Assembly: GCF_902459465.1 (NCBI RefSeq)
Contig: NC_047072.1
Coordinates: 14,818,001-14,882,000 of the forward strand
DNA length: 64,000 nt
Source: Asterias rubens
Taxonomy: Eukaryota
Reading direction: 5' to 3'
A model generated the notes under the pieces. The model saw nothing but the letters and a program-made list of their open reading frames with translations, searched no databases and was not told the origin of the DNA. Shown one piece after another: positions 22,249 through 34,838 of this stretch. Every line of letters begins with the position of its first letter. The first letter of the stretch is position 1. Position numbers and translations under genes: made by a program.

Positions 22249-25200
22249 ATGGGTGTACTATCAACACTTCCTAAGGAGTATGGATATGTCGTCCTGGTGG
22301 GCTCAGCCAGTTATGTTATGTTGAGCTATTTGGGAATTAAAGTCAGTATGGCTAGAAAGAAATATGAAGTAGAGGTTGGTATTTCTCTATCTAATTTTGG
22401 TCCTCTCAAATAATAACACTGTACACATGAAACAATTGCTATTGTTCCTGGATTTGGTAGAGCGCTGGCACATTCATCCAGAGGTCGCAAAACCAGCTCC
22501 TGTCAACTCCAAATTTCTTTAACAAAACTCTTTCTTTGTTTTGTTCAGTGTTGAGAGGTTCAGCCATTAGAATTTAAGCAATTCTGTCATAAAATAATGG
22601 TGTCACTGTAAATACTAGAGCAAATAAATAAATGTAAATTTGTCAATACAAAAGCATTTTAAACAAGAGGTGTTTCGCTAACAGCAACACCTAAACTAAA
22701 AATGTATACAAAAAATTCTAGATAAACAACTTTTAAGCTTATGAATAAAGTATACACTGTAGGCTTGTATGATTACACAAACTACTGTATCTTTTTGGTT
22801 ATATTATAATTGTAGGTTTTACTGTGTGTAATCTTTTATTTTAACTGGTTCTTAAGTAGAGGTTTACAGAGTTTTATTTTCTGTGTTTGTTCTTGAACAG
22901 TACCCAGCTATGTACAGTGATTCTCAGCCATTGTTTAACTGTGTACAGAGAGCTCATCAAAACACGTGAGTAAGCTAAACTGAATTCAAAATTACAGAAT
23001 AGTTATTCAAATTGCCTTGTTAACAGCATTTTGGTGTGTAAAAATATGATATGTAATTCGAAAGTTCCCACCAATGGTCTTCCTTTGTTGAAGATAATTT
23101 CAAACAACCAATAAGTGTAACTTGAGATAAATACTTGGGCCTTAAAGAGTTGCATAACCACAACAAAATAGCCGAGTACAATCAAATTAAGCTTTCCAAA
23201 ATAAGTTTACCATCCAACATACCATTTCTTATGTTTCCTGTGACTAGTGTAGTATCCTGCTCATTTCTTTTAAGCTAACAAGTTTTAAGGCTATTTTCTC
23301 CTCAAGTTAAGTCGCTCTATGAATTGTAAACTTCATTTACATTGTAGTTCTGAAGCCTTGGACATCGCCGAGGTTGGTTAATTGAAATAACTCGATACCT
23401 CGATCTGCCTTCTTTTAAATGCTCTGTAGAACCATTTAATTTTCTACACCAGTTAACATATCCCTTGTTCAAGTAATGGTTTTGGTTGAATTGCCAGTGC
23501 CTTCCTGAATGGTTTTCTTCTCTTCAATTTAAAATAACTGACAGTCAAAGATCCAAAAGTTAAAACTGGTTGTGTTTTGTATATCCATTGCAGTTTGGAG
23601 GCGTATCCACCATTCCTGTTTTTCCTGGCAATGTCAGGGATTAGATTTCCGGTAAGAAGTAGTCTAGTGGCCAAAATGCAGCTCGGGCAAAGACATCATT
23701 TTGGAAGGCTATTTAATATATTGAACCATTTATATGTGCATTTGTTTCAATTTTATTTTGGACGTGGTGGATGCAGGGTTCTTAGTTCTTAGTTTTTGTG
23801 TTTTGTTTTCTCAAAATGAGGGCCTTCTAATTTATGACATTTTCATGGGTTGGTTTACTGATGTGAATGTTGAATAGAGTGTTGGGATTAATTAAAACCT
23901 TGATCTAGATTAAATGTCAGGAGATGAAATATGTATACATCAAACCAGGCCCCCCCCCCAAAAAAAAAAAAAAAAAAAACAGCCTTGGAGGCCATAACCT
24001 CTGTTTTTGTGCCCGTTCAAAGGTGTCCCATAGACTTTAGTATGTTCCAATGGAATTTCCCTTTGCAAAATGAAAATGGAAAGCCCTCTCAACAGATTAC
24101 ATTCCAGGACTGGTACACACATATTGGTACTGTCAACAGCTCCCCAATACTCATTACCAAGTAAGTTTTTATGCTAACAATTATTTTGAGTAAATTACCA
24201 ATAGTGTCCACTGCCTTTAATGCAAAAGGTGGTTACACATAGAATAATCCTCACCCTGAGGCGTAAAGTCATTGTCAGTTGTTACTTTTGACAACCTCTT
24301 TATTACCACACTCTTGTTATTGTAGAGAGCATCAGCTGCATGTGGTGCAGTATGGATCTTGAGTCGATTCAGCTATGCTCATGGCTACTACACAGGAGGT
24401 AAACAGAGTTTACTGAATAAGGATTCATCAGTCATTGTTTTATAGTAATGCAAGAAAAGATGATGGGGGTTGCTGGATAAAGATTCTGCTGTGAATTCTA
24501 AAAACTCTTTTGAGAATCATGCTTGATTTATACAGTGTGTGCCCTTTTCTTGCAAAGGATTTACCCATATGAATGAATTGAATGCTATGTGAGGAACGTA
24601 CCTCTGCCATCCCTTTTTAGTGTGAAAAGGCCTAAAGTTGGACTTGAGCATACCAGTGCTAATCAGTTATACAGGATGGCAGGGCATATTGGTGGTTCTA
24701 TTCTAAAACAGTAAAGTATTAAGAAGTATCATCACATACCTCAGGGTTCTGCCCACAGTGGCCGGTGCCAGAAAACCCGCCCGGCACTTCACATACCTCA
24801 GGGTTCTGCCCACAGTGGCAGGTGCCAGAAAACCCGCCCGGCACTTCACATACCTCAGGGTTCTGCCCACAGTGGCCGGTGCCAGAAAACCCGCCCGGCA
24901 CTTCACATACCTCAGGGTTCTGCCCATAGTGGCCGGTGCCAGAAAACCCGCCCGGCACTTCACATACCTCAGGGTTCTGCCCATAGTGGCCGGTGCCAGA
25001 AAACCTGCCCGGCACTTCACATACCTCAGGGTTCTGCCCATAGTGGCCGGTGCCAGAAAACCCGCCCGGCACTTCACATACCTCAGGGTTCTGCCCACAG
25101 TGGCAGGTGCCAGAAAATCCGCCCGGCACTTCACATACATCAGGGTTCTGCCCATAGTGGCCGGTGCCAGAAAACCTGCCCGGCACTTCACATACCTCAG

Positions 25201-27683
25201 GGTTCTGCCCATAGTGGCAGGTGCCAGAAAACCCGCCCGGCACTTCACATACCTCAGGGTTCTGCCCAAAGTGGCAGGTGCCAGAAAACCCGCCCGGCAC
25301 TTCACATACCTCAGGGTTCTGCAAACAGTGGCCGGTGCCAGAAAACCCGCCCGGCACTTCACATACCTCAGGGTTCTGCAAACAGTGGCCGGTGCCAGAA
25401 AACCCGCCCGGCACTTCACATACCTCAGGGTTCTGCAAACAGTGGCCGGTGCCAGAAAACCCGCCCGGCACTTCACATACCTCAGGGTTCTGCCCATAGT
25501 GGCCGGTGCCAGAAAACCCGCCCGGCACTTCACATACCTCAGGGTTCTGCCCATAGTGGCCGGTGCCAGAAAACCCGCCCGGCACTTCACATACCTCAGG
25601 GTTCTGCCCACAGTGGCCGGTGCCAGAAAACCCGCCCGGCACTTCACATACCTCAGGGTTCTGCCCATAGTGGCAGGTGCCAGAAAACCCGCCCGGCACT
25701 TCACATACCTCAGGGTTCTGCCCATAGTGGCCGGTGCCAGAAAACCCGCCCGGCACTTCACATACCTCAGGGTTCTGCCCACAGTGGCAGGTGCCAGAAA
25801 ACCCGCCCGGCACTTCACATACCTCAGGGTTCTGCCCACAGTGGCCGGTGCCAGAAAACCCGCCCGGCACTTCACATACCTCAGGGTTCTGCCCACAGTG
25901 GCAGGTGCCAGAAAACCCGCCCGGCACTTCACATACCTCAGGGTTCTGCCCACAGTGGCCGGTGCCAGAAAACCCGCCCGGCACTTCACATACCTCAGGG
26001 TTCTGCCCATAGTGGCCGGTGCCAGAAAACCCGCCCGGCACTTCACATACCTCAGGGTTCTGCCCATAGTGGCCGGTGCCAGAAAACCCGCCCGGCACTT
26101 CACATACCTCAGGGTTCTGCCCATAGTGGCCGGTGCCAGAAAACCCGCCCGGCACTTCACATACCTCAGGGTTCTGCAAACAGTGGCCGGTGCCAGAAAA
26201 CCCGCCCGGCACTTCACATACCTCAGGGTTCTGCCCACAGTGGCCGGTGCCAGAAAACCCGCCCGGCACTTCACATACCTCAGGGTTCTGCCCACAGTGG
26301 CAGGTGCCAGAAAACCCGCCCGGCACTTCACATACCTCAGGGTTCTGCCCACAGTGGCCGGTGCCAGAAAACATGCCCGGCACTTCACATACCTCAGGGT
26401 TCTGCCCATAGTGGCAGGTGCCAGAAAACCCGCCCGGCACTTCACATACCTCAGGGTTCTGCCCATAGTGGCCGGTGCCAGAAAACCCGCCCGGCACTTC
26501 ACATACCTCAGGGTTCTGCCCATAGTGGCCGGTGCCAGAAAACATGCCCGGCACTTCACATACCTCAGGGTTCTGCCCACAGTGGCCGGTGCCAGAAAAC
26601 CCGCCCGGCACTTCACATACCTCAGGGTTCTGCCCACAGTGGCCGGTGCCAGAAAACATGCCCGGCACTTCACATACCTCAGGGTTCTGCCCATAGTGGC
26701 AGGTGCCAGAAAACCCGCCCGGCACTTCACATACCTCAGGGTTCTGCCCATAGTGGCCGGTGCCAGAAAACCCGCCCGGCACTTCACATACCTCAGGGTT
26801 CTGCCCACAGTGGCCGGTGCCAGAAAACCCGCCCGGCACTTCACATACCTCAGGGTTCTGCCCACAGTGGCAGGTGCCAGAAAACCCGCCCGGCACTTCA
26901 CATACCTCAGGGTTCTGCCCACAGTGGCCGGTGCCAGAAAACCCGCCCGGCACTTCACATACCTCAGGGTTCTGCCCATAGTGGCAGGTGCCAGAAAACC
27001 CGCCCGGCACTTCACATACCTCAGGGTTCTGCCCACAGTGGCCGGTGCCAGAAAACCCGCCCGGCACTTCACATACCTCAGGGTTCTGCCCATAGTGGCC
27101 GGTGCCAGAAAACCCGCCCGGCACTTCACATACCTCAGGGTTCTGCCCATAGTGGCCGGTGCCAGAAAACCCGCCCGGCACTTCACATACCTCAGGGTTC
27201 TGCCCATAGTGGCCGGTGCCAGAAAACATGCCCGGCACTTAGGATTCCCCAACCACCACTGGAAAAATGTCCTCTGTTTCCGTCCACCACACATTTTACT
27301 AATTTTTAAATCACCCTTGCAATGTCCTATCAAAGGTTTTCAACGAAATGTAAATTGGGTGTTTATCAGTAAGAATGGTATCCGAAGCCATTAATTTTGA
27401 GCACTTCTTTGATTTAAGTCTACCATGTAACTGATCCATCTCGCAATGGTTTCCAGGGAAACATTTTTCCACCACTAAAGAAATTCTGGGCAGAACCCTG
27501 ATACCCTCCCCATCCAGTCAACAAGCATTTATTTTACCATTCAATTTCATTGTATTTTATTCTGCCTTTGTTTTTTGTCAAGAACCGAAGAAGCGTACGC
27601 GTGGAGCCTATGGATATCCAGCCATGCTTGGACTCTTTGGAATGACAATTGCCTTCGCTGTTCGTCAACTCCAGTGGGTCTAA
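22249..27683 (+). CDS. MGST3: Microsomal glutathione S-transferase 3 (MAPEG family), 140 aa; absent from the ORF track because its exons are short
   Basis: Exons 22249-22374, 22901-22965, 23594-23651, 24326-24398, 27583-27683; 423 nt. Translation [21 protein letters not shown]...[18 protein letters not shown]...[22 protein letters not shown]...[20 protein letters not shown]...LQWV*, with the MAPEG motif FNCxQRAHQN. Confidence 0.95.
24120..24220. mobile_element. Terminal fragment of the TTAA-flanked MITE family
   Basis: Reverse complement of the left ~100 bp of 10878-11248, ending GTGTCCACTGCCT|TTAA. Confidence 0.75.
24733..27240. repeat. Minisatellite, exactly 44 x 57 bp, in MGST3 intron 4
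   Basis: Unit CACATACCTCAGGGTTCTGCCCACAGTGGCCGGTGCCAGAAAACCCGCCCGGCACTT; 2508 bp = 44 x 57; no indels, a few recurrent substitutions. Confidence 0.98.
27193..27500. mobile_element. 308-bp MITE with CAGGG termini (hAT-like) whose left end forms the 57-bp array
   Basis: 14-bp perfect TIR CAGGGTTCTGCCCA (27193) / TGGGCAGAACCCTG (27487-27500). Flanks ATACCT and ATACCC(T) look like a degenerate target duplication. Confidence 0.8.
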
Positions 27684-29467
27684 AACGTCTAGCACTGATT
27701 TTGAATTGATTAAGAGGTGTGCAGTATAATTAGACTAGATAGTGCTGATCAGTTATATGAATATGGTGCATGTATAAATGTCTTGATTGGTCAGAGCTCA
27801 TTTGTAGTTTAGACATTTATTTCAATATTGGCAACAACAAACAAATGTATGAAGTATCCTATAAGCGTTACATACAGACTACAAACAGTGCTTGAAACAT
27901 CATTATTACAAATTTATGATACCTAGACCTAGACTGTTAATGTTATATTATTCATTGGACAATCTGAGATTTAAAAAATTGTATCAGGAAACTACTTGAA
28001 CATTATGCATTGTTCATTATTTAATCAGGTGGTAGCCATAGAGCAAGGCCGTTTTGAATCATTTGAATCCAAAAGCATCCAATCAGACACCTTCAAGTTT
28101 TGGATTTAGTCCCCAGGGAAATACAGGACGGCTTGTAGGTAGGTTGTTATTTGAAAATGGAGCTATATATTGAAATAGTTGCATTGTACGTGTTTAATTG
28201 TATTCCATTGTTTCTTTTGGAAGAATTTAATTATCTTTGTAATCTAGTGTTCGATTATTTTCTAACTAATCTTGTTTGTACTGCAGAATAAATTAGTCCG
28301 AGTAAATTTACTTGCAATATCAAAGCACAAAGACATTCTTAGTTTCCTTTTACACATGGTTGGTAGGACACTGTTGGAAAAATTACTCTTGCATTACTAA
28401 AATGTTCCTTTGCACCAATGCAGTCAATCGCCTCCAAGTTGCCTGGCAAAGTTGCCTTGTGTATTTTCAAGTCACTTACTCTTAATTATATATTAAGGCA
28501 AGTATACACGCACATAGGTTGTTATATTGATAAAGGATATGCAGTATCCCTTTTGTGTTGGTGTTGCGCAAAATATTCACAGGGCTTAGTGTATGCCAGT
28601 ACAGTTAGTGATTCCTCAATGATGGCAACACTTGTTTTATGGATAAGCTATTTTTCATATACTTAGGATATTATATACTTTGAAGATTACCTTTAAAATT
28701 AGCTAAAATATATTCTCATATTGACAGCTGTGTAATACAATTCCACCTCAGTGAGATCCCTGCAAATTTGTCATTTTGTATTACCACATGAAGCAAGGAT
28801 CACCACATGAAGCAAGTTAGTTTTAGCTGACCAACTGCCTTCTGATTAACAACTCAAATTATGAATTTGTAAAGATGGGTTGAAAATATTGATGAAAAGA
28901 GTATAATATATATTTTTACAATTCAGATTTTAACTGTGTACAATTTATTGAGGACAGAATGAAATAATATGCAAATATATTAGATTTTGTAATTCCTAAT
29001 ATTGGATTGTATGATTGTGTTATTTTTGTGACGATCTGTCTGTCATGTCTGTTATGTTAGTGAAAGCTTGCATCTTTTCAGTTTAAGAAACTGAAGGATT
29101 GAGATATGACATACAGTCTTGTGATAATGCTTTCTTATGATTATTACTTTTCATGAAGACTTGTGTACTTTACAGTATTACCCCTGTTAATCAGACACTA
29201 AGCAGTCTCCCTAGGAGTATGCAGCACCATCAGCAAAATGGGTGCACAATGTGCTTAAAGTTCACACAATCCAATCCCCACCTTCACAGCTACCCATTTA
29301 CTTATCGGTGATAAGAAGCAATGTCAAATGTCTTGCTAAAAGGGAACAAGTCTCACACGAACCCACACTCCAATGTATCAACCATTAGAACTTGAGGCGC
29401 TCTTAGCGCTACCCATTTCTTCTATACTGGGGGGGGGGGGTAACTGATATGTGCGTTCTTGCCTCGT

Positions 29468-29658
29468 GGCCCGTATTTTATAAAACCTGTAAGCACAAAA
29501 ACTTGCTAATCACAGAAGATACTGCTTAACAGAAACAGGTTACCAGCCAGAATGTCATTAAGTTTACATTGTTGCAACTGGGGTCCCATTCAATTTTTAA
29601 TTAGCAAAGAAATTTGTCGAGCAGTGTTTTCTGCTTAACAGCTTTATGAAATTGGGCC
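29468..29658. mobile_element. MITE with GGCCC termini (Harbinger-like)
   Basis: Left GGCCCGTATTTTATAAAACCTGTAAGCA; reverse complement of right end GGCCCAATTTCATAAAGCTGTTAAGCA. A second partial copy lies at ~29730-29810. Confidence 0.65.
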
Positions 29659-30683
29659 TCTCCTATTTTCTCAGTGTCCCTTGAAAAACTTCAGTAAACG
29701 TTTCTCTTAAAAAGGGGCTCTTTACCAAGGTCCCATTTTCATTAAAGCTTGTAGTAGGCACAAACAACTTGCTAAGCACAAAAAATCTTGCTTAACAGAA
29801 ACGGGTTACCTTATTGCAATTAATGAAAAGGTCCAATCATACAAACAAATAAGAATCTTACAACTCAAGATCATACTTTCAACAGTTTGTGTGTTTATTC
29901 CAACAAACAAAAATATTTTACATTCAGTATGTACAATATACATGGCTTTTTGAAAAGGACGGTTTCCTGATTTAAGAAATTGAAGTACACGGAATATTTA
30001 CAACTTGGAAAATTTAAGATTTGGTTCAACTGTCATTTTCCATGGGTTGAAGACGAATGAATTAAATGCAATATGAAATATAAAACTATTAAAAAATATT
30101 TAACACAAAGGGCCACATCACAAATTTTCAAACAATTTAGCCCTGAAATAAGGCAGTTAACGTTTGTAAGATTGGTGGGCTGGAATCTTGGTTCCACAAA
30201 TATAATGACCCCTTGATGCTGCTTAAATATCTCAACTGGAAATTCCAATGGTCTAAAAAAGAACTATTTTAAACGCATTCAAGAAAATGTGGCCATCATC
30301 AAGGCCAAGTAAGGAAATGATTTGCGAAAAGATGATGCTATTTTTAATTAGCAACCACCATCACAATTCATTTTTATTTTTTATTGGCTGCAAATATATA
30401 TTTGAACACTTCTGAAGAATGGCAGAATTATTGTTGTAATTAAGGTATGTTTTAGACAAGCCTCATAACCCTGGAGCTGAATCCAGTTTGTGAAATCCTC
30501 AAAAAGATTTATCTAGTACCCCAAGTCTATCTCGCAGCTTTCAAGTTAAATTTAAGGCATCAACATTCTGTGATTTCTGGTACCAACCAAACAGAAGTCA
30601 TCCATGAATCACATACATTTGAAGAATGCCCAATCTCTTGAAGCCCCTCCCTGGATTAAACAATATTTAAAGACTGTGTGTTA

Positions 30684-33600
30684 CTACAGTAGTGCTTCCT
30701 TAACTAGATGCTTCTTCTCAGGTATAAGCTGTTTAGGAAACTCGATGTCAAATCGGATGACGAGATTGCCTTTATGCTCGGGGGCTTTGGATAGCGGCAT
30801 GCCTTCACCGGGGACAATCTTCTCATATCCGGGGCTGGAATAAAACAAAAACAAACAAAGTATAATTATTATCGGGAAAATCAGAAAAACTGTAATTAAA
30901 CAGTTGGTTAAACCATACACCATATGAACACGTTGGTCGGCCATAACATCACATGGTCTAATGAATAATCAAAGTTTCATTAACATAAATTGAAAGCAGT
31001 GTCTCATTTGCAGCTACGACTGACTATCGCCGGATTTCCACATCAAAGTGCATTGAAATACGGGCTGACATTGTGACACATAAAGCAACAGTCACAGTCA
31101 AAAATTCAGAAATGGATCAAAGCATCAAAGGAAATGCACAAGTTAAATTCCAATATCAGTGAAGTTGTTTCTGACCTGTTACAAATCAAACTATCAATGA
31201 TATTTGTTTTGATACTTTGTATAGGACAGGAACTTCACAAACAAATCTTCACAAGGATGAGGATACCAACCTGATAATGTCATTGATTGGAATATTAAGG
31301 AGACGTCCATCTAACGTTGGCACCTCAACACTACATCCAGTCAAGGCTTTGCCTAGAAGGACTCTAGCTGTAAAGACGAGGTCATTGCAATCTCGCTTGA
31401 AGCGAGGATGAGGTTTATCCCTGACAATAAAGACGATATCAGCTGGTACATTGTTGGGTCCTTGGTCACCTTCCTTGGGGAATGTGATGCGGGTGCCTTC
31501 ACGCCACCCTTTCTTTACGGTGATTGTCAGGATCTTATCACGGATACTGGAGGTGTGACCATCTTCATTCATCACCTGATGATACATAGGGATATTTGTG
31601 AGTATTTGGAAGAATTATTGTGACTTTTATAAGAGTGGATGAACCATTAAAACTGTTTAAAAAGTTTTTTTACAAGTAAAAGTCTGTCTGTGTCGTAAGA
31701 TTGTAATGACATTTAGGATCTTTGGTTGTTTTGTATGATTACTGGCCTTTTAAGGATCAAGAACATTTAAACCTGTTTTTTTTTTAAGACTTAACATACA
31801 TGTACCATGTCCTCTGTCACATCTTTTGAGGTGAACAGACTATGTGGCACAAAAACAAGAAGCTGCCAAGATACACAGGTTTAATAAGGGTTAAATTAAG
31901 AATATAAACTTTTGGTTTTACCGTATACACTGATGTGTGTTAGCCATAGAGCTATATATATTGACTAGAGTGCTAACTTGCTCTGCGTTTTGAAGCCACC
32001 CTGGGCGCAGACATGTTTGGTGTGTTGCGTGAACTCGGAATTTTAAGAGAACACATTTTGCCGCGATTATCTTACATTCTGCGTGTGCGTATACGTACGC
32101 AACTGTCCACTGGCGTACGTCCGCGCTACGAAAACCATAACTTCGACTTGGTTGCCGTACTAAAAAAAGGTAAACGCGCCTTTTAATCATGACGCACATG
32201 ACGCTCGCAGTTTGTGCGCTGATCAGCAGATTGTGCGTTCACATTTACTTTTTTTTGCTTCGATGGCACATAAAAAAAGAACAGACGCACGATCATGCAA
32301 ATAGCCGTACAATTGCCGTACAAAATTTCAAGCTTTTGTATTGGTTTGTACATAAACATGGATGCGCCCACACGGCTTCAAAACCTTAGTGCGTGTATAA
32401 CGGGGTGTTAGCGCTCTAGTCAATATATATAGCTCTATGGTGTTAGCACTGTTTACTCAGTACTTACCCGAGCTCTGTGATTTTTTGCATATAGAGCAGT
32501 ACTGATGAGTATACAGTGCTAAAACACATCAGTGTATATGGGTAAAACCAAAAACTTAATATTCTTTATCCCCGATGCAAATTTACCCATATTAAAAGTT
32601 AAATTAAGGTTTTAATATAATCTTTGGTGCAGACCGGCATTAATTACCTGTGATATAAGTTCGAGGCATTCAAATATCATTTGTATTGATAACATAATTG
32701 AACTTACTCTTCTGGAGATCTTCATCTTCTTTGTGCATCCATGGAAAATCTCTTCAAGAGACAGAGTTAAATCTCTCTCAATAGATGCATCTTGCTTCTT
32801 TCTCCCACGTCCTCTCAGACCACCAAAGCCCATACTTGGATCTCCATCGCTTTCATCAAAGAATTCTGACAAGACAAATCATGGATTGATTCACAGTAAG
32901 GTAAAACAATGACCTACAATGTTGTTATATTTGCAAGTCCTGTATTGCCTTTGCATGCTTTTATTAGTTGCATATTCTGAAATTCTATATCAATACAATG
33001 ACAAATGAATCAGGTAAAAAGAATGCAGAGCAAACAGCTCTCATAATTGAAAATTAAGATGATCTTGTGTGCTTACAGATTTGAAAACTATAGCATATCG
33101 CTTTGTGGGGTGTACACATCCTTCAATACCTCCGCAAAATTCTTATTTTGAAATGGTATAATTTTCTGAATTGTGTAGAAATGTTTTCGATTGACCCCTT
33201 GCATAATGCACAGTGCACCTACATGCGCTTAACCTATCCGCAATTTTGGGAGACAAAATGTACACAAAGGAGTTGACTCCCAAAATGGTGAGAATGAAAG
33301 TCGCTCATTGTGCGGAGGTGTGTTTCACGTTGAGCAAGGGGTGAAGATGCCACTGTTGTACTTACCACTGAATGGATTGTCCCCACCAAAGAATTCTCTG
33401 AACACCTTGTTGGCATCACCATGAAATGTGTATCCGTGGGTCCATGCTCCACTCTCCATCTTGCCCTCAGGAACACCATTCTTCAATCCTTCCTCGCCAA
33501 ACTGGTCATATACTGCCTTTTTCCTTGCTGTAGAGTAAAGTGCATTTAGAGATAAATCAGTATTTGGTAACTTGAGAATTTTGAGGGTTCAATCTTTAGA

Positions 33601-34838
33601 AATTGACTTGCATTTACATGTACACAGTTAATTCTTTGGCAACTCACTGCAAAATGTTACCAAGTTCGGAGGGTTAATTTACTCTGGTTCTTTCTAGTAC
33701 TTATTGATTCATGTGTTAAAAATTGCAACTTACGATCGCACAGCACATCATATGCCTCAGACACTTGCTTGAACTTCTCTGGGGCACCCGATTCTTGGTT
33801 CTTGTCAGGGTGGTATTTCAAAGAGAGTTTCCGATATCTGGAAAAAAAGAAAAAAAAGGGTAAACATAATGATACTCATAATAAATATGCACACATAACT
33901 ATTTCTTGCATTTATACCATATTATGTCCCTTTGTGTGATGTGATAAAGCAGTTTGCAACAGCTAAATCTATTTTCTGAATGCTTAAGTGTAACATAATT
34001 CTCTGTATGCTACATCCATTTTACACAAACTTTCTCCACTGTTTACTTCAAAAAGGAATTGCATTGAGAGCTAGCCCCATATTGAGGTTTAAATGTAAAC
34101 ACACTTCAACTCAATATGTGTGTCATTTGAGGTGATAGTGGGTGTGCCACTCAACAGTCCTTTGCTATTATTTATTATTAGGATTGATGACTTTGACATG
34201 TGTGATTTTGGGTCAAGTTACTTACAATATGTTAGTTGCGATAACGTAACCCTCCTGCCGACGCCATCGGCAGGAGGGTTACGACGTTACGTTATCGCAA
34301 CTAACAATATGTAAAACTAGCTTTGGGGATGGAAATAGCAAAAACCTGGGCATGTTTGGTGCGATGCCGATGAATTACCACACACACACACATCAGGATA
34401 AAAAGATAATTAACAGTCATTCATGCATAATCAACCAACAACTAATAAACAAACAATTTGAATTATCATTATTTATATTTATAACATTTAGTCATTACAT
34501 TTATTAGGGCTAGGCCTAGTCCTTATTTATATGGAAATTCACTTATATTTAGGATTGAAGTATACATCATTACAATACATGTATGTAATTACACAACTTG
34601 AACATGATTGTCATGCTTCAGTGCTTCGCAAACTTTGTTTTTTAATAAAAATAAATTAAAACACTGAAGTGAATTAAGTTGGTCGGTTGGAAGTGTGGAG
34701 AAACATGAGAAGTGAAACAAAAAAGTAAAGCAATTTATAAAAATAAGAAAAACTGAATGTGAACACTTACGCCTTCTTGATATCTGCATCTATTGCCGAC
34801 CTCGTTAGGCCCAGAATACCGTAGTAATCCTGTCCCAT
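30684..34838 (-). CDS. DNAJB13: DnaJ homolog subfamily B member 13 (radial-spoke HSP40), 315 aa
   Basis: Exons 34838-34771, 33837-33734, 33527-33366, 32865-32708, 31575-31271, 30834-30684; 948 nt. [11 protein letters not shown]...LKYHPDKN (J domain with HPD), [58 protein letters not shown]. Confidence 0.95.
31888..32588. mobile_element. Foldback element in DNAJB13 intron 4, interrupted by a nested MITE
   Basis: Arms TTTTGGTTTTACC.TATACACTGATGTGT.TTAGCACTGT.TACTCA are restored on both sides when 31945-32439 and one target copy are removed. Confidence 0.75.
31945..32439. mobile_element. hAT-type MITE nested in the foldback element
   Basis: 33-bp TIR CATAGAGCTATATATATTGACTAGAG(T/C)GCTAAC with one mismatch; exact 8-bp target duplication GTGTTAGC (31937-31944 and 32440-32447). 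Confidence 0.85.
34233..34303. mobile_element. 71-bp palindromic mini-MITE with a 9-bp target duplication
   Basis: TAGTTGCGATAACGTAACCCTCCTGCCGA...TCGGCAGGAGGGTTACG...TTATCGCAACTA flanked by ACAATATGT at 34224-34232 and 34304-34312. Confidence 0.8.

Noticed and set aside
24733-27240. CRISPR-like appearance of the long regular arrays (also 54407-55761)
   Set aside because: Units are head-to-tail with no unique spacers, there are no cas genes, and the context is a spliced eukaryotic gene.
24703-27394. Three 839-878 aa ORFs with 19-aa Cys/His or Arg-rich repeats
   Set aside because: They result from a 57-bp unit (19 codons) that lacks stops in three frames, on both strands at once. The unit is a transposon end plus host flank inside MGST3 intron 4, and no synonymous-site bias is evident. 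Ribosome profiling or peptides would be needed to revive them.
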